Both the position numbers and the translations under genes were made by a program. The notes below the pieces were generated by a model. That model made no database searches. It was not told where the DNA came from and worked only from the letters and a program-made list of their open reading frames with translations. From Podarcis cretensis (taxonomy: Eukaryota), in NCBI GenBank assembly GCA_951804945.1, contig OX638161.1, positions 23,126,001 through 23,190,000 on the forward strand: a stretch of DNA of 64,000 nucleotides, given 5' to 3'. Positions 1 to 12,623 of this stretch are shown in pieces (position 1 is the stretch's first letter; each line of letters starts with the position of its first letter).

Positions 1-304
1 CTTCTCACTGTAATTGAGTCCAGCAGAAGAGCTGACACGCTTAAATAGAGATCTGTTGTAATCTTTCCTCCTCCCTCCCCTTCTTTCCCCCCTCCTCCTC
101 CTCTTCCTCCGCCACCAGAAAAAGCAAAGCCAGCTCCGAGACCCAACGCCTGTGGCAGTGGAATAAATTACATGCATAACTGAACGGCGTTTAGAAGGGG
201 AAATAGGCAAGCTTGGGGGGCGGGCGGTCAAAAGAGAAATATTAAGTATCACTGCGGTGGGGGGCCGATTTGTTGGCGGCAGTCAGATGGTGAGTCCTTT
301 TGTC

Positions 305-344
<40 letters not shown>

Positions 345-1216
345 AGAGAGTCAATGGAACTGTATAGTATATCTAGAGAAACCCGCCCCGAGGTCGTGGG
401 ATAGGGAGGGCTATATACCTAGTCTGCCTTTTTATCGTGTATGTGCGGGCGCGCGCGCGTGAGAGACAAACAGAGAGAGTGTGTCTGTACGAGAGAGAGT
501 GAAAGTATGTGTGGGAGAGTGTGTTTGTGTGTGTGGGAGAGAGGGGCAGGGAGGGACTGGGGAAGGGGAGGAGGAAAGTAGTCTACTCGTGGTCAAAAAG
601 GACAGTCTCCTACTTTTACCTGCTTCTTTATAGAAGAAAGAAGGTATACTATCTCGCAAGAGGGGTCTTCTATGCTAGCCTCATTGGAATGAAGGCAGCC
701 CACGTAGCCTCCCATTCATTGCGCTGAAGCTTGCCCGGGAGAACTTCCCGCTAGCTGTTTTTACCGACAGAATGGGTCCTCCCCGCCCCCTCCCTCCTTT
801 TTTTCACTGTATTTTTCTGCCTCCTTCTCCTCTTCCCATCTCTTCCCCCCTCCCCCGCCCACCTTGCAGGTCTCTTCATATATTCTTCTTTTCTGTTCTC
901 TCTTACCCTACCGCCCCCCCCTCCCCCTCCACAACCACTGCGCCCGCTTTTCCTGCTAGTCTTACTTGAGCAACTGATATAACCGGTGGCTTATTGACTC
1001 GTGTGCACATTTCGTCTCCTTCCCGCTTCTATCTTGGGAGGTTTTGTATCCTATCATCAATAATGCATCGTATTTTATAAATCCCAACCAGTGCTCCATA
1101 CTGTGTTTTTTCTCTCTTCCTTTTCCATATTACAAGGGTGGGGGGGACACGGCTTGAGAGGTGAAGGATGGGGGGGGGGGAGGGAGCGTTGGAGGGGAGG
1201 GAGGAAGCTAGGCTCG

Positions 1217-1377
1217 GATTGGCTCTGCCCGAATCACGTGGACCCGAGTCACATGGCCAAGGGAGGAAAAAGGGGGTCCTTTTTGGTGTAAATCTGGAGT
1301 CTAATTCCGTAATATATCACGGTACCTCGTAAAACCGACACTAAAACGTCCCGGCCTACAAATCACCCGGCCAGATT
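1217..1377 (+). promoter_or_regulatory. HOXB7 proximal promoter / 5' UTR
   Basis: ATTGG (reverse CCAAT) 1218-1222, E-boxes CACGTG 1235-1240 and GTCACATG 1248-1255, CTCGTAAAA Hox/Cdx-type site, directly upstream of the ATG. Confidence 0.75.
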
Positions 1378-1777
1378 ATGAGTTCATTGTATTATGCGAA
1401 TGCTTTATTTTCTAAATATCAGGCCGCAAATTCGGTTTTCCCCTCCGGAGTGTTTCCTGAGCAAACTTCTTGCGCATTCGCTTCCAATGCCCAGCGCAAC
1501 GGGTATGGCTCGAGTTCCACGGCCTCTTTCGCTGCTTCCATGCCTGGTCTGTACCCCAACGGGGGAGGCATGCACCCCCAAGCCCCCGGCATGTATTCCA
1601 GCAGCTACGGGCTGGAAGCCGCCTCTTTCAACATGCACTGTTCCCCTTTCGAGCAAAACCTCTCCATGATGTGTCCGGGAGACGCGTCCAAGTCCAGCTG
1701 CAACAAAAGCGACCAGAGAGACGCGGACTTGCGGCACGAAAACAACTTGCGGATATATCCTTGGATGAGAAGCACAG
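1378..1777 (+). CDS. HOXB7: Homeobox protein Hox-B7, coding exon 1
   Basis: [14 protein letters not shown]...[12 protein letters not shown]...RIYPWMRST: paralogue-group-7 N-terminus and hexapeptide; donor CAG|GTGAGA after 1777 (phase 1). Confidence 0.97.
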
Positions 1778-2325
1778 GTGAGAGTCCTCTGAGGTGGGTG
1801 TGGGGAGGGGGCGAGGAAACCTGGGGGGGGGGAGATGCTATAAATGATTTTGGTGGGAGGGGAAGTTGTGTTTGGGGATGTGCGGACGGGGGGGGGGAGG
1901 GGAGAGGATGGTGCTGAGCTCTCCTTTTATGACGTTTGCCTCCAAAGGAATGAATCTCTTCTCTCTCTTTCTCTCTGAGACCCCCCTCAAGGAAGCAACC
2001 CTTTCATACATACATACATACATACACAAACAAACAAACAGATAAGCAGCTTAAATATTTATTAGCTCGGCTGCTCCTGCTGCGGGCTTCCTCTACGCAA
2101 AGGAAGGTAGTGTGTTGGGATTACAGAGCCGCACGATAATAATAAAAAAGTGGGGGGAGAGGAAAGGAAACCCACCCTTCAAGTCTCTCCCCCCCCTCCC
2201 CGCGCCATATATGCATATGTTTATTTATTCCTCAGAGGTTCCAGAGAAAGGAAACTTGGGAATAAGTTTCCATGGAATACGGCTCAGGGCGTTGTGGTGG
2301 GTGTCGTTTGGTTTTGCGGGGGTGG

Positions 2326-2451
2326 GGGCTGTATACAACTTTAGCCCTTACTTTCAGTAGACCCATTGGAATGAACGGGCCTGTCTGTGTCCGTCACGTC
2401 CATTCATTTCAGTGGGTCTCTCCTGAATAGGACGGACGTTGGACACGACCC
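2326..2451. mobile_element. Palindromic MITE-like element, family B (~125 bp)
   Basis: Ends gggctgtatacaac / gttggacacgaccc are imperfect inverted repeats; internal agacccattggaatgaa / ttcatttcagtgggtct inverted pair; related to 63246-63358. Confidence 0.6.
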
Positions 2452-2823
2452 CAGGAAGAAGAAGAAGAAGAAAGGCGCAAGGAGGGAGGCAGGAATCGAG
2501 TAGGGGCCGGGCAAGACAGAGGAGTGTGCCGTTGTTGTCGTCGTTCCGCGATATTAAGAGTTTCGCTTAATTTGCTTGAGCACCGCTTCTAAGTCGACAT
2601 TCCTTCGGAACTGGAGTTGCCAGCAAACATGTCACCCGTCTCTTCCCCTCGCTCTTCATCAGAACCTGCGGGGGCCCCCGGGGAATTAAATGACTTCTTC
2701 TGGAAGAGGAAATCGGAAGGGAATGGAGTGATCAAAGGAGAAAGCGGAGGGACGGGGGCGTACAGTATATGTGCCCTACTCAAATTTGCTTGTGGCACTT
2801 AGGAGCAGAAGCGTGGAAAAAAA

Positions 2824-2915
2824 GCTGCAGTCCTATATACCCAACTGACTTGGTAGTAAGTCTTACTGAACTCACGGAGACTTACTTCTGGGTAGAGGTG
2901 TACTGGGCTGCACTG
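2824..2915. mobile_element. Palindromic MITE-like element, family A (~90 bp)
   Basis: gctgcagtcctat...gtaagtcttactgaactca...gacttacttctgggtag...gggctgcactg fits the repeated consensus. Confidence 0.55.
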
Positions 2916-5900
2916 CAAGTGGCTGGTTTACATTTGTGACTCTGGTGGGGCGCCAAAGGTTTCTGTAGCAGGAGCACAAATACCTCGGGCTTGTTACATC
3001 TAGCTTCCCCCCCCCTCCCACCAACCCCAATTGTGTGTGAATCATTGACAAGAACCAACCCTGTAATCAATCTGTCTGTCTTTCTCTCTGTCTGCTCTTG
3101 GCATTCTTCTTAAAGCCAACGTGGGACATTTGTTTTCCCTCTAAATTTGCCAAGGCACCTTACGAAACAGAGAGGGGAGGGGGTGAACCCACCGCAAAAT
3201 GGTGTTTGATGCACAAACCTGCTTACTCATATTAGATGCCCATAAGCCTATTGAATGATGCCAATCCCCATCTTATTACGAGAGCGACAGAGGGGCCAGA
3301 TAAACACCCCCTGTTTTCTTGGTTGCTAAGGATTAGGTGATGCCTACCTCCGCAACCAGCTCTAATTGACACCAAATCCTGCAACGGGACCAGTAGAAAT
3401 GAACATTTTAATAGGACCAGCCACAATCAGCTTTGCTGGATGAAGGTTTTCGAGTTGCACAGAACGCTTCTTCAGGCTTGATGTTCCAGGAGAAATTAAT
3501 CAGAAATGGAGAAATGCAGTGTTAAGTCTCACTTAAGCCTGTAGACTCTTGGGTCTTAAGTTACCCAAGAAAAACAGGATTGGGGTAGACGGGGGTAAAA
3601 CATCGGAAGATGAGGGTACTGAGCTACCCACCCCACCTGATGTGAAAGGGATTGCAGGTGTAGGAAAGACTTCTGCTGGCCTTCTAGCAACTGAGCAAAT
3701 TGTAATGTTTTCATTTTGTTACCAGCGTTGGTATTAACAGGATGCCCGTGCCCACTGGCTTTCTTGCTAGCCAGTTCCGTGTTTGCTCTTTCTCCAAGCG
3801 CTTATAGGTAGCTGGGAAACGTGGGAAGAGACTTCTGGAAAACCTTCGCAACACTTCCCCGTCCTCTGGACACGCTGAGAGCAAAGGTGTTGTGGTACGA
3901 CTAACAGTATAGGGAAAAAGGGCAATGTGAGGGAGGGCGCAGGGCAATGAAGAGTATTTTGCCAGTGGCCAGTTGCTAAATCCTTTATTAATATTTAATT
4001 GCACGGCAACACACACAAATAGGTAGAAGATGAATAGGTAGAAATATATCTGCTGCAAAATGTAGGGCAGTTAGGTTAGGAGCCCTGGGTAGTGGAAATT
4101 ACTGAAGGAATTCTACCAACCCTTCCTCTCGCCCACCCCGTCCACATCCCCTGCGATTTGCCAGGCAAGTCCCCTGATAGTGTGATAAAAGAGTTATCTT
4201 TAAAGACACATCGTCTGCGACGCAGCTTTTTAGTACTCTTAGGAGGGCGAGAGCAAACATTCCAGGCCGGGACTATATGCAGATTGCAGCAAAGCAAACG
4301 TGGAGAGGGGGGGGGGGAGGAAGAGTGGGAAGGAAAGAGGCACATCAAAGCAAAGTTCTCAAAGACCTAGCCTAATAGGTTGGTTTCTCCTCCCTTATTA
4401 CCTGATCCATAAACTGTGGTTTACAGATGATATATCAAAGCGCAATTTTTGTGTGTGCGCGCGCGGGTCTGGAGTGGAATGGTGGGAGACACGGTTTAGA
4501 ATAACCCTCTCCTTTCTCCCCACTTCATTTGAAACACAGTGGTGACGGGTTGGGGGGGGTGGGCAGGGAGGAGGGGGCAGAGTGTCGTGTGGGTTAGTTA
4601 GGTGCTGAAAAGGACTCCGAAGCTCTGATTGCCGTCTGTAGAAGACGACGCGGTATCGTTGCTAAGGGGTGTCTTCCTTGCCAGTTCCCAGAACTTACAT
4701 CGGCCTTAGATCCAGCTGGAGAAGGTTCTTCCCCCGCCCGCCCGCCTCCCTCTCTTCTCCACCCCCCACCCCCAACCTTCCGTCTTTCTTGTCTGCTGTT
4801 GGGTTGGATCTGGGCGATTCCGTTGGCGAAAAGAGAATGTGTCTTGGTTGCCCTATTCAAGAGAAGTTTATGGTGCTCCCTTCAACAGATTTTACAACCC
4901 ACATTCCACAGACATCTTATCCCCCCTCGCCTTTTCAGCCAGGCGGACTTTTCTACGACTCTTTTCTTGAACAGAAGACTATCGCCGCCGCCCCGCCGCC
5001 CCCTCCCCCCCCTTTTTTGTGTAAAACAGCAAACACTTCTCAAACCTCCAGAAAGTTTCAGATGAATGATGTAGCCTCCTTTGGCTGGACAGAAAAATCT
5101 ATCTGCTCAAAAGCAGGAGTATCGATTCGGTTACGGGATCGTACCCACAAGCGGACTCTAAGAAATGACAGGAAAATTGATTCCTGGTTTGAATCCAGAT
5201 TCTTTGGAGGGCCGTGTAAAATAGTTGTGGTCGGTGACATGCACGCCTCTTCCTTTGAGGAGTTCCCACGTCCACATACTTTGTCCAGCTTCCGAATTCC
5301 CTAATGGAGGGGAGGCCAATTTTTCTAGACACTCGGAGAGAAATAAAACACAAGCTGAATTAGGAAGGAAGTAACATTACCCGCGCTTTAGCATTGCTGG
5401 CTTCCAGAAGCTTACCAGATGTGGAGATGTTTCCAAGGAATTTAAACCCATTCCAATATTTGCTGCGTGATTAAGAATTAATCTCACACTTTTAGAGAAG
5501 GGAAATAACGCACCTTTTGATAAGAATACTTTCCCCACACGCATAAATCTCAAGTATGGGGGGTGGGTTTGAGGTGTGTGTGAGATATATCTGGACATTT
5601 AAAAACATCGGGTTTTGCTTTGGCAAAATGTGAAGCAATAACAAAAGTCCTAAATTCATTATGCTTGAAGTCCTAGGCATCATTTACCCGAGGAGAGGTC
5701 CCATTACACTCAATGAGACTTTCTTCCGAGTAAACAGGGGACAAGCTCAGTCTTCGCAGCTGATATATCTTGAGAATGTAGAACTGCAAATCTAAAAGGC
5801 TACAATAAAGCCTTTGGGAGGAGGCATTCTGGTAATATCCATAGTACGTAACGTTACTCTTCCTTTTATTTCGAGCGGAATCGCCTGCTAGTCCGCAAAG

Positions 5901-5933
5901 GCAAAAAATAACTTATTCTTGAGGCGCCATCCT

Positions 5934-6025
5934 GTGCGCAATCCTATGCATGTCTACTCAGAGTTAAACCTCTTTGAGTTCAGTGCGACTTACTCCCAGG
6001 TAAGCCTGTATAGGAGATCGCAGCC
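5934..6025. mobile_element. MITE-like element, family A, in HOXB7 intron
   Basis: gcaatcctatgcatgtctactcagag...gagttcagtgcgacttactcccaggtaagcctgtatagga...gcagcc; a more decayed copy lies at about 5667-5760. Confidence 0.65.
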
Positions 6026-6290
6026 TACAGGAACAAGCTTGCAAGCCTAACCTTGTCCTGTTGAATTTAAAGGGGCTTGCTTCAAGGTGACTGGAGATAG
6101 GAACAAATTTAACGCGGACAATCTTTTGTGGATTATGATACAGTACATTCCCTCCTGAGTTAAACTCTAAATCCAACCTTTATTTTAAAACAAACAAACA
6201 AACAAACGCTTCTTGTTATAACAAGGCAGACTTAATTTAATTCGAGTTGACTTGACCAGTACAAGTGGGCAGTGAATCCGGTAGGGATAA

Positions 6291-6623
<333 letters not shown>

Positions 6624-6909
6624 AGGGGGAAGAAGGCGGGGGAGAGGGGAGAGAGTGAGAGTGAAAGAGAGAAAGAGAAAGAGAGAGAGAGAGTGAGAGA
6701 GAGAGTGAGTGAGAGAGAGATGTTGGTGAGAAGAAGCTTCAGCAAAAACTAAACTGTACTGTCCAGAAAAAAATAAAAGGAAGAAACGGAATTAAAAAAA
6801 AGTGAACCAATAAAGACTGTACATTAAACAAGAAACGAAAACATCTAAGCAAAACTGAAAACGAAAACAAAAAAATATGAATGGTTTATTCTGTTTCTCG
6901 ACACTTGGA

Positions 6910-6977
6910 AAACTACCTATATTAACATTTCTCTGCTTTGTTTTTTGTACAACAAAAATGAATAATAAATCTACCTA
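6910..6977 (+). promoter_or_regulatory. Two miR-196 seed sites in HOXB7 3' UTR
   Basis: AAACTACCTA 6910-6919 (8mer, complementary to miR-196 nt 1-10) and CTACCTA 6971-6977 (7mer-A1). miR-196 targeting of Hox7/8 genes is established. Confidence 0.75.
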
Positions 6978-7578
6978 TTAAATGTCTCTTTAGAAGCAAA
7001 TATAGATAATGTTTTGTTCCCCTGTGTGGGTATTCATGTAGTCCCAAGTATTTGTAAATCTTCCTGTTTAAAGAAAAGGGAGGGTCTTTTTCCCCCTTCC
7101 CTAATGTAACTTTTTTTTTAATTAAGAAAATGGTATATGAAGTGAAAATGTGGACGTGGTTAGCACTTTTTCTTAGAAAAACGTATGAAGGGAACACAAC
7201 GCTTAACATTAAGACGACTGTTGTACATAATTCTAAGAGATTTTCCCCTTTCTATTCTCCCCTCTCCTCTTCGTAGATTTGTGCCTCTACGTCTGGTTAC
7301 CGGTGCTGTATTTTTATTTTTCCTTATATTTTCCTTTTGCTTGTTTATTTTTTATTTTTATTTTTTGGTTGGTGTATATTTTTACATGTTGGACAATGGA
7401 CCACTTCCTTATTGCCGTTACTAGAGGATCTGAAAATTAATATTGTGCTGAGTAAAACTGATGTGTATGATAGGTAGCAAATAATTTAATAGTTGGCCAA
7501 GCCTTTTTATTCGTATTCTGTGATTACTATGCGTAGAGAGAGGGAAAAGAATCATTAAAAAAGAAAATAACCTTACTG

Positions 7579-7584
7579 AATAAA
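7579..7584 (+). terminator. Probable HOXB7 polyadenylation signal
   Basis: AATAAA followed by GT/T-rich sequence about 950 nt after the stop; earlier AATAAA hexamers also exist. Confidence 0.45.
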
Positions 7585-10091
7585 CTGAAGTCGTGTCCAT
7601 TAATGGGTTTTTCTTCATTGGGGGGGGGGCTGGGTGGATGGGGTGAGCAGAATCCATGGGAGGGGGGCGGTGGTTCTTGTAGAAGTCCTTTGTCATGCGC
7701 AGCCCCTTCCTTGCGCAGGAGACCTTCCTACTGGATTGTGGCCTGAGTGAGCGGATCTTAAAACGTAAAAGAAAGGGGGGGGGGGAGATCTTTCTACATG
7801 CAAACTATCTTCATGCCGACTTTTTTATTTCCTTCAAGGTGCGCGATATGTGTGTGTATATATTCAGATATGTGTGTGCGTGCATATATATATATATATA
7901 CACGCACGCACATATGCGCACACATATCTTAATTCTACCGTAATAACGTACAACTCTGTGTTGGCCATACAACGTTAACCACTGTTCTAGGAGAAAGAAC
8001 CGTGACTAAGAATGTAAGACGAGTTGCGTCTATTTGATGATTACATCGGTGGACCATCCTTCCCGCTTTGATCTTTCCAGACTCCAAATAAGCAGGAAAA
8101 GAAGAAATAACAGCATCAACAACAACATAAGACTCCCTCGATTTGAAAAAGCGAAGCCACCGTCTCAGTAGCATTGGGTGTGCTTCCTTGTTTTGCGTTT
8201 TTATCGCCTTATTCGGCCTTTTTTATTATGGGAAAACGTCGCTTCCATCATTAGAGACAAGTAACGCTCAACATCAAAACAAATATAAAATTAAATGGAA
8301 GCAATTAAACGCAGGAAAATAAACAAGGCAAAAACCATATTAACCAATTTCGGGCCCTTTCAACACGTCCTTCTGTTTTACACGTTACACTTTCACAGAA
8401 TCTAACAGTTGGGATTTTTCAGTGCTCAGGGATGTGTTGTACATGGGTGTATTCACCCTTTTTTTAAAAAAAATACCCCGCCTTTCAACCTAGGACACTC
8501 AAGACGGCTAACAATACCGCCAACAATGAGAAATATATATAATAATATATAGATAGGTTAATAATATATAAAGAGACACCTGCCCGTTGCGACAAAGAAT
8601 TTAAAATAAAATGGACAAAAAATACATAATTTTTTTGAATTGTTTTCTTTCCTTCGTTCGTTCTTCCTTTCCCCACACAATTAAATTTAACTGCAAACCA
8701 TTTACAAACGCGCGCACACGTTTGTGTGTTTTAGTTTTATTTTGATAAAAAAAATCCTTCCACAAGAGTGTATTTTCCCCTCAGAAATAAAAATATTTTT
8801 CAAATAAACAGGAAGGTTTCTGCTATGCTAACCGTATTTTTTCAGAAAGATATTCCAGGGAAAATACTTCCCAATGTCGCTCCAAACGGCGTTCTGAGAG
8901 TTTGAAGAAGCAGAAATATAATTATATCATCTCTCTCTGCCTATATCTAGCTACCTATCCATAGAACAAACGCACACAGAGAGATAAACATACACACAAA
9001 TAAATAAATGATATATGTATTTATAGAGGTATATGCGTGCAATATTTACTATATGGACAAACACAATACACGCGTAGATGGAATTAGCATAGGTTTTACG
9101 CCATGGCTGGGTGGTTTATATAGGGATATATGCACAATCACATGAACGTATGTGTTTGTGCGTGTGTGTGTGTTTGGGTGTCTCCTTTAAAACAGGTCAT
9201 ATTTGCAGCACCCCCCGTCCTTAAAATAAAAAAGGTCGGTATCCCCACAAATGCGGAAATGTATATTTGCTTCTCTAGCAGTGCAGATTACTGCAAAAGA
9301 CACCTTTTGCGGCGGCAGAAGCGTGTTCTAGAACAGCCGAACCGCCCACCTCGCCAGATTTTGCTGCATTGGACCAGTACTATTGTTTTCGTGGCATGTA
9401 CCACTGCGGTAGTGGACGTTTCCGAGCGCACTAGTGCGCCTGTGCATATACGCCTGCCTGTTTTTTCCTCGCTTCCTTTCCTATAGATGCGCGTAAGCAT
9501 GCATACTTCCGCACACACCTATACAGAAACGCCCTACACACATATATACGTATATGCATATACATATATATATATGCATGCATACACACATAGATACAAG
9601 CTGGTATATATGTAAGTGTCCATACATCTCTCTCGGATACTACCTGGGACCTTCAATTATTTTAAACTTCGATTGGGGGTGTGGAGGGGAAGAGAGTCAA
9701 CATTTTAATTTCTTGGGCAATTCCCGCAAGGGAAATCGAACAGCTTTTAAGAGGAAAGCAACAATATAAACAACAACCAGATTGAACTATAGAGCGACAT
9801 ATTTCGACCTCCCCCACTCCACACAAAAAACACACACATTAAAAATAAACCGGAGGTGGACCATCCCCTTCGTAATTAAAGACTACAGGTAAATAACACA
9901 ATTGCAGAAACCTGAAGCTCAAGGTTGTTGCCCGAGGTCTGAAATGCACTTGCAATTCTTTAGTCTTACAAAAGTAGGTTCCTTTAACCTTTCGTATATA
10001 AAGGATTGTGCAAGACCCCCTGCCGGGAATGTGGAGGGGGGCGCAGAATCTTTGCATATTCTTCTCTTTGGAGTTTTTTTTAAAAAAAGAA

Positions 10092-10285
10092 AAGATGGCG
10101 GCTGAGAAAAAGACTGCTGTTAAAGCAGTCATGAAGAAATGCAATAAATTCCTTGTTGTTTTATGAAAATTTACAACTTTGTGATAGAACTTTATGAGTG
10201 GCTGGGTTCTGCGATTGGCCAGAGCTGGTCATGTGGACTGCTAACCGTGAACATGAACTTTTTATGATTTCCCATGTGGTTATTC
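10092..10285 (+). promoter_or_regulatory. Conserved non-coding block 3' of HOXB7 (Hox8/7-6 four-cluster-sequence-like), promoter-like
   Basis: YY1 motif AAGATGGCGGC 10092-10102; gcaataaattccttgttgttttatgaaaatttacaactttgtgatagaactttatgag with clustered TTTAT Cdx/Hox sites; ATTGG 10214-10218 plus GTCATGTG 10228-10235. Recognised from memory as conserved between Hox7/8 and Hox6. Confidence 0.7.
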
Positions 10286-11036
10286 TACCATTCTTTTGGC
10301 CGCTGTACCTTGGGTCGGATCACTGTCCTCTGTAGGACTCTCGCCTCTTTTTACATTTTTTTTTTTTTACTTTCATGTATAAGCTCGATAGGGCTAAAAA
10401 TAGAGGAGAAGGGGAAGCGCACGCACACACATTACACACGCACGCACGCACACACATCTAGAATGAGTTCAGATTGCTAATATTATCGATCCTCCCTCTT
10501 CCTTTCCTAATCCTCTGTGTTAAATTTCCTTAGTGATTTTTTAAATATTATTTTTTTGTGTTGTTGTTGTTCTATGCCTAGTGATGGAGAGGGAGAGGGA
10601 GAATCAGTACCGGATGGAGGCTTGTGCCATTTTTCAAAGAGGGAAGTTACTCCATTTTCTGTGCAAAAGGACTCGGCAAAGGAAAAGCTCTCCGAAGTCG
10701 CAATGGACGGCTATCAGGTTGGGACAATATTTGTCAGCTTACACATTAAAAGCAAACGCAATCCTGTCCCCCTCCCTCCTCCTCTCCACCTCTTCTTCTT
10801 CCTCCTCCTCCCTTAATCCACAGAACGACGGGCGCCAAAAGGTAAGTGAATGTATTTATATTTTATTCGAGTTTATCTTACTATTTTTTTTATTCCTTCC
10901 TTTTCAAAAAGAGAAAGGTTGCACATACGGTTTTGCCTTTCCCTTTCTATCTTAAATAAGGCTATGGGGAGGCAGGGAAAGAACGAATTCACAGTAGGGA
11001 AATAGATATTAATAAATGTACATTTCTGTAAGGTAT

Positions 11037-11098
11037 AGAAGGAAGGAAGGAAGGAAGGAAGGAAGGAAGGAAGGAAGGAAGGAAGGAAGGAAGGAAGG
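11037..11098 (+). repeat. (GGAA)n microsatellite
   Basis: About 15 perfect units. Confidence 0.95.
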
Positions 11099-12609
11099 AG
11101 AGGGGGAGGGAATGCAGTTACTGCTAAATAAGATTTGAAATATTTATGTCACCTGGACTGGAGGTCTAAGGAGAATAGCTGAAGGTAGCTGCATAGTCAA
11201 GACTTAAAAATAGAAAAATAACAATCCACCCACCCTTAATTATTTCCCTACTCCTTTAAATCTATTCCTCTCCCCACGAAGAACGATCTAACCAGACTTG
11301 CATGTCATCGAGTACATCCACTCAATTTAGGAAGTTTTTGCACAGAGGCCAGTTCGACGAGATGCTTCCCTCCAGGCTGTATGGTGGAGTCGACATAGGC
11401 GATTTCTCTTCGAAGGAGCTCTTTCTGTACAATGGAAGCGGGCGGGTGGGTGGGAGAGCGGGGAGGGGGCAGAGGAAAGACAAAGATAATAATTAAAAAA
11501 ATTAATAACGGAAAATAGTAATATTAATACGCAGTGCCTTTATTTTATAATAAAGAGGGGTTAGATTCGAAAACCCATAAAATAAAAGATTACCAGGAGA
11601 GGAGACTGCGATACACTGTTATATGGTTTTTCTAAAAAAAAATTAATAATCGGTATATGTGAGTATTAAAAATAATAGTTTACATGTGTTTAATATATAT
11701 TGTGTGTGTGTTCCTTCGGCGTTTTAAACACTGGTTTTTCCTGTGTTTAGGTAATTGAGAATGTGTTGTATAAAAGGAGAGAATCGTATACACTACAAAT
11801 TGCTACACCTGTTTTGGAAATTGGGGTGGGGGCTGAGAGACAGGATATTTTGAAATATTTCATACCCTTTTTACTGTGGTTACCAGTACTGTGTTCATGT
11901 TTGTGCTTAAAAGAAAGAAAGAAAGAAAGAAGAAACCTGGTTATTATTATTTGAAATACGAGTGCTGCATGCACAACCGGTCGGTCTGCTGGTAAATTTC
12001 GTATTGTGCAGTTAGGTAACGCTTGTGAATTATTATTTTTTTTTTAAACTGTGCACATTTTCTAGCATGTTAACCTTTTTTGTTTGTTTGTTTCTGAGTA
12101 TAATTTCGTTGAAAGCATATCATAGCTAAGGTGAAAATCATAGAGAAAGTTGAAAAGTTGTGGATAAAATTCGTTCTGCATTTTTCATACGCAACTATGC
12201 CCAATCGTCATTTTGCATGCTCTTGCTCCTTTCCTGCGCCCCTCCTTTCTACACACTTTAAATATTTGAGGCTCGAATATTTAATTTTATTTTTACCCAG
12301 TAGGTCTTATTAGTCTTATTAGATGAGCTGCCCTTTGTAACTCAACCTCTGCTTCCTACCTTTAGAGCTCTTGCTCATCTCTCTCAAGGGGGGGGGGGTT
12401 GTTAAGGGGAGCTTCCCGGTGGATTGTGCCCATTTATATAAAGCCACTAATTAATGAATTCCTATCGGTTAAACACTACCAAGTTGTTTATCTCCCTCCC
12501 TCCCCTTCCTTTAACCCCCCCCAAAAAAAAATCAAAGCAGCTATTTCTCTTTATTTTGTCTTAGGAGTTGGCTTTGCAGCGTCTCAGCTTGCTCATTCTA
12601 TGCTGTTTG

Positions 12610-12623
12610 CTGCCATCTACCGT
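12610..12623 (-). promoter_or_regulatory. Candidate CTCF site between HOXB7 and HOXB6
   Basis: Minus strand ACGGTAGATGGCAG resembles the CTCF core CCASYAGRKGGCRS. Confidence 0.45.

Noticed and set aside
1-1200. HOXB8 3' end or miR-196a at the window start; HOXB3 CDS at the window end
   Set aside because: No homeobox or miR-196 hairpin in 1-1200 and no HOXB3 coding sequence before 64000; these lie outside the window.
1778-1917. C-terminal part of the 179-aa ORF 1378-1917 (and similar tails of ORFs ending at 25011 and 47737)
   Set aside because: Read-through into the intron past a clear GT donor; the real proteins continue in the homeobox exons.
4669-5304. 211-aa ORF inside the HOXB7 intron
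   Set aside because: GTG start, low-complexity Pro runs from C-tracts, no recognisable domain.
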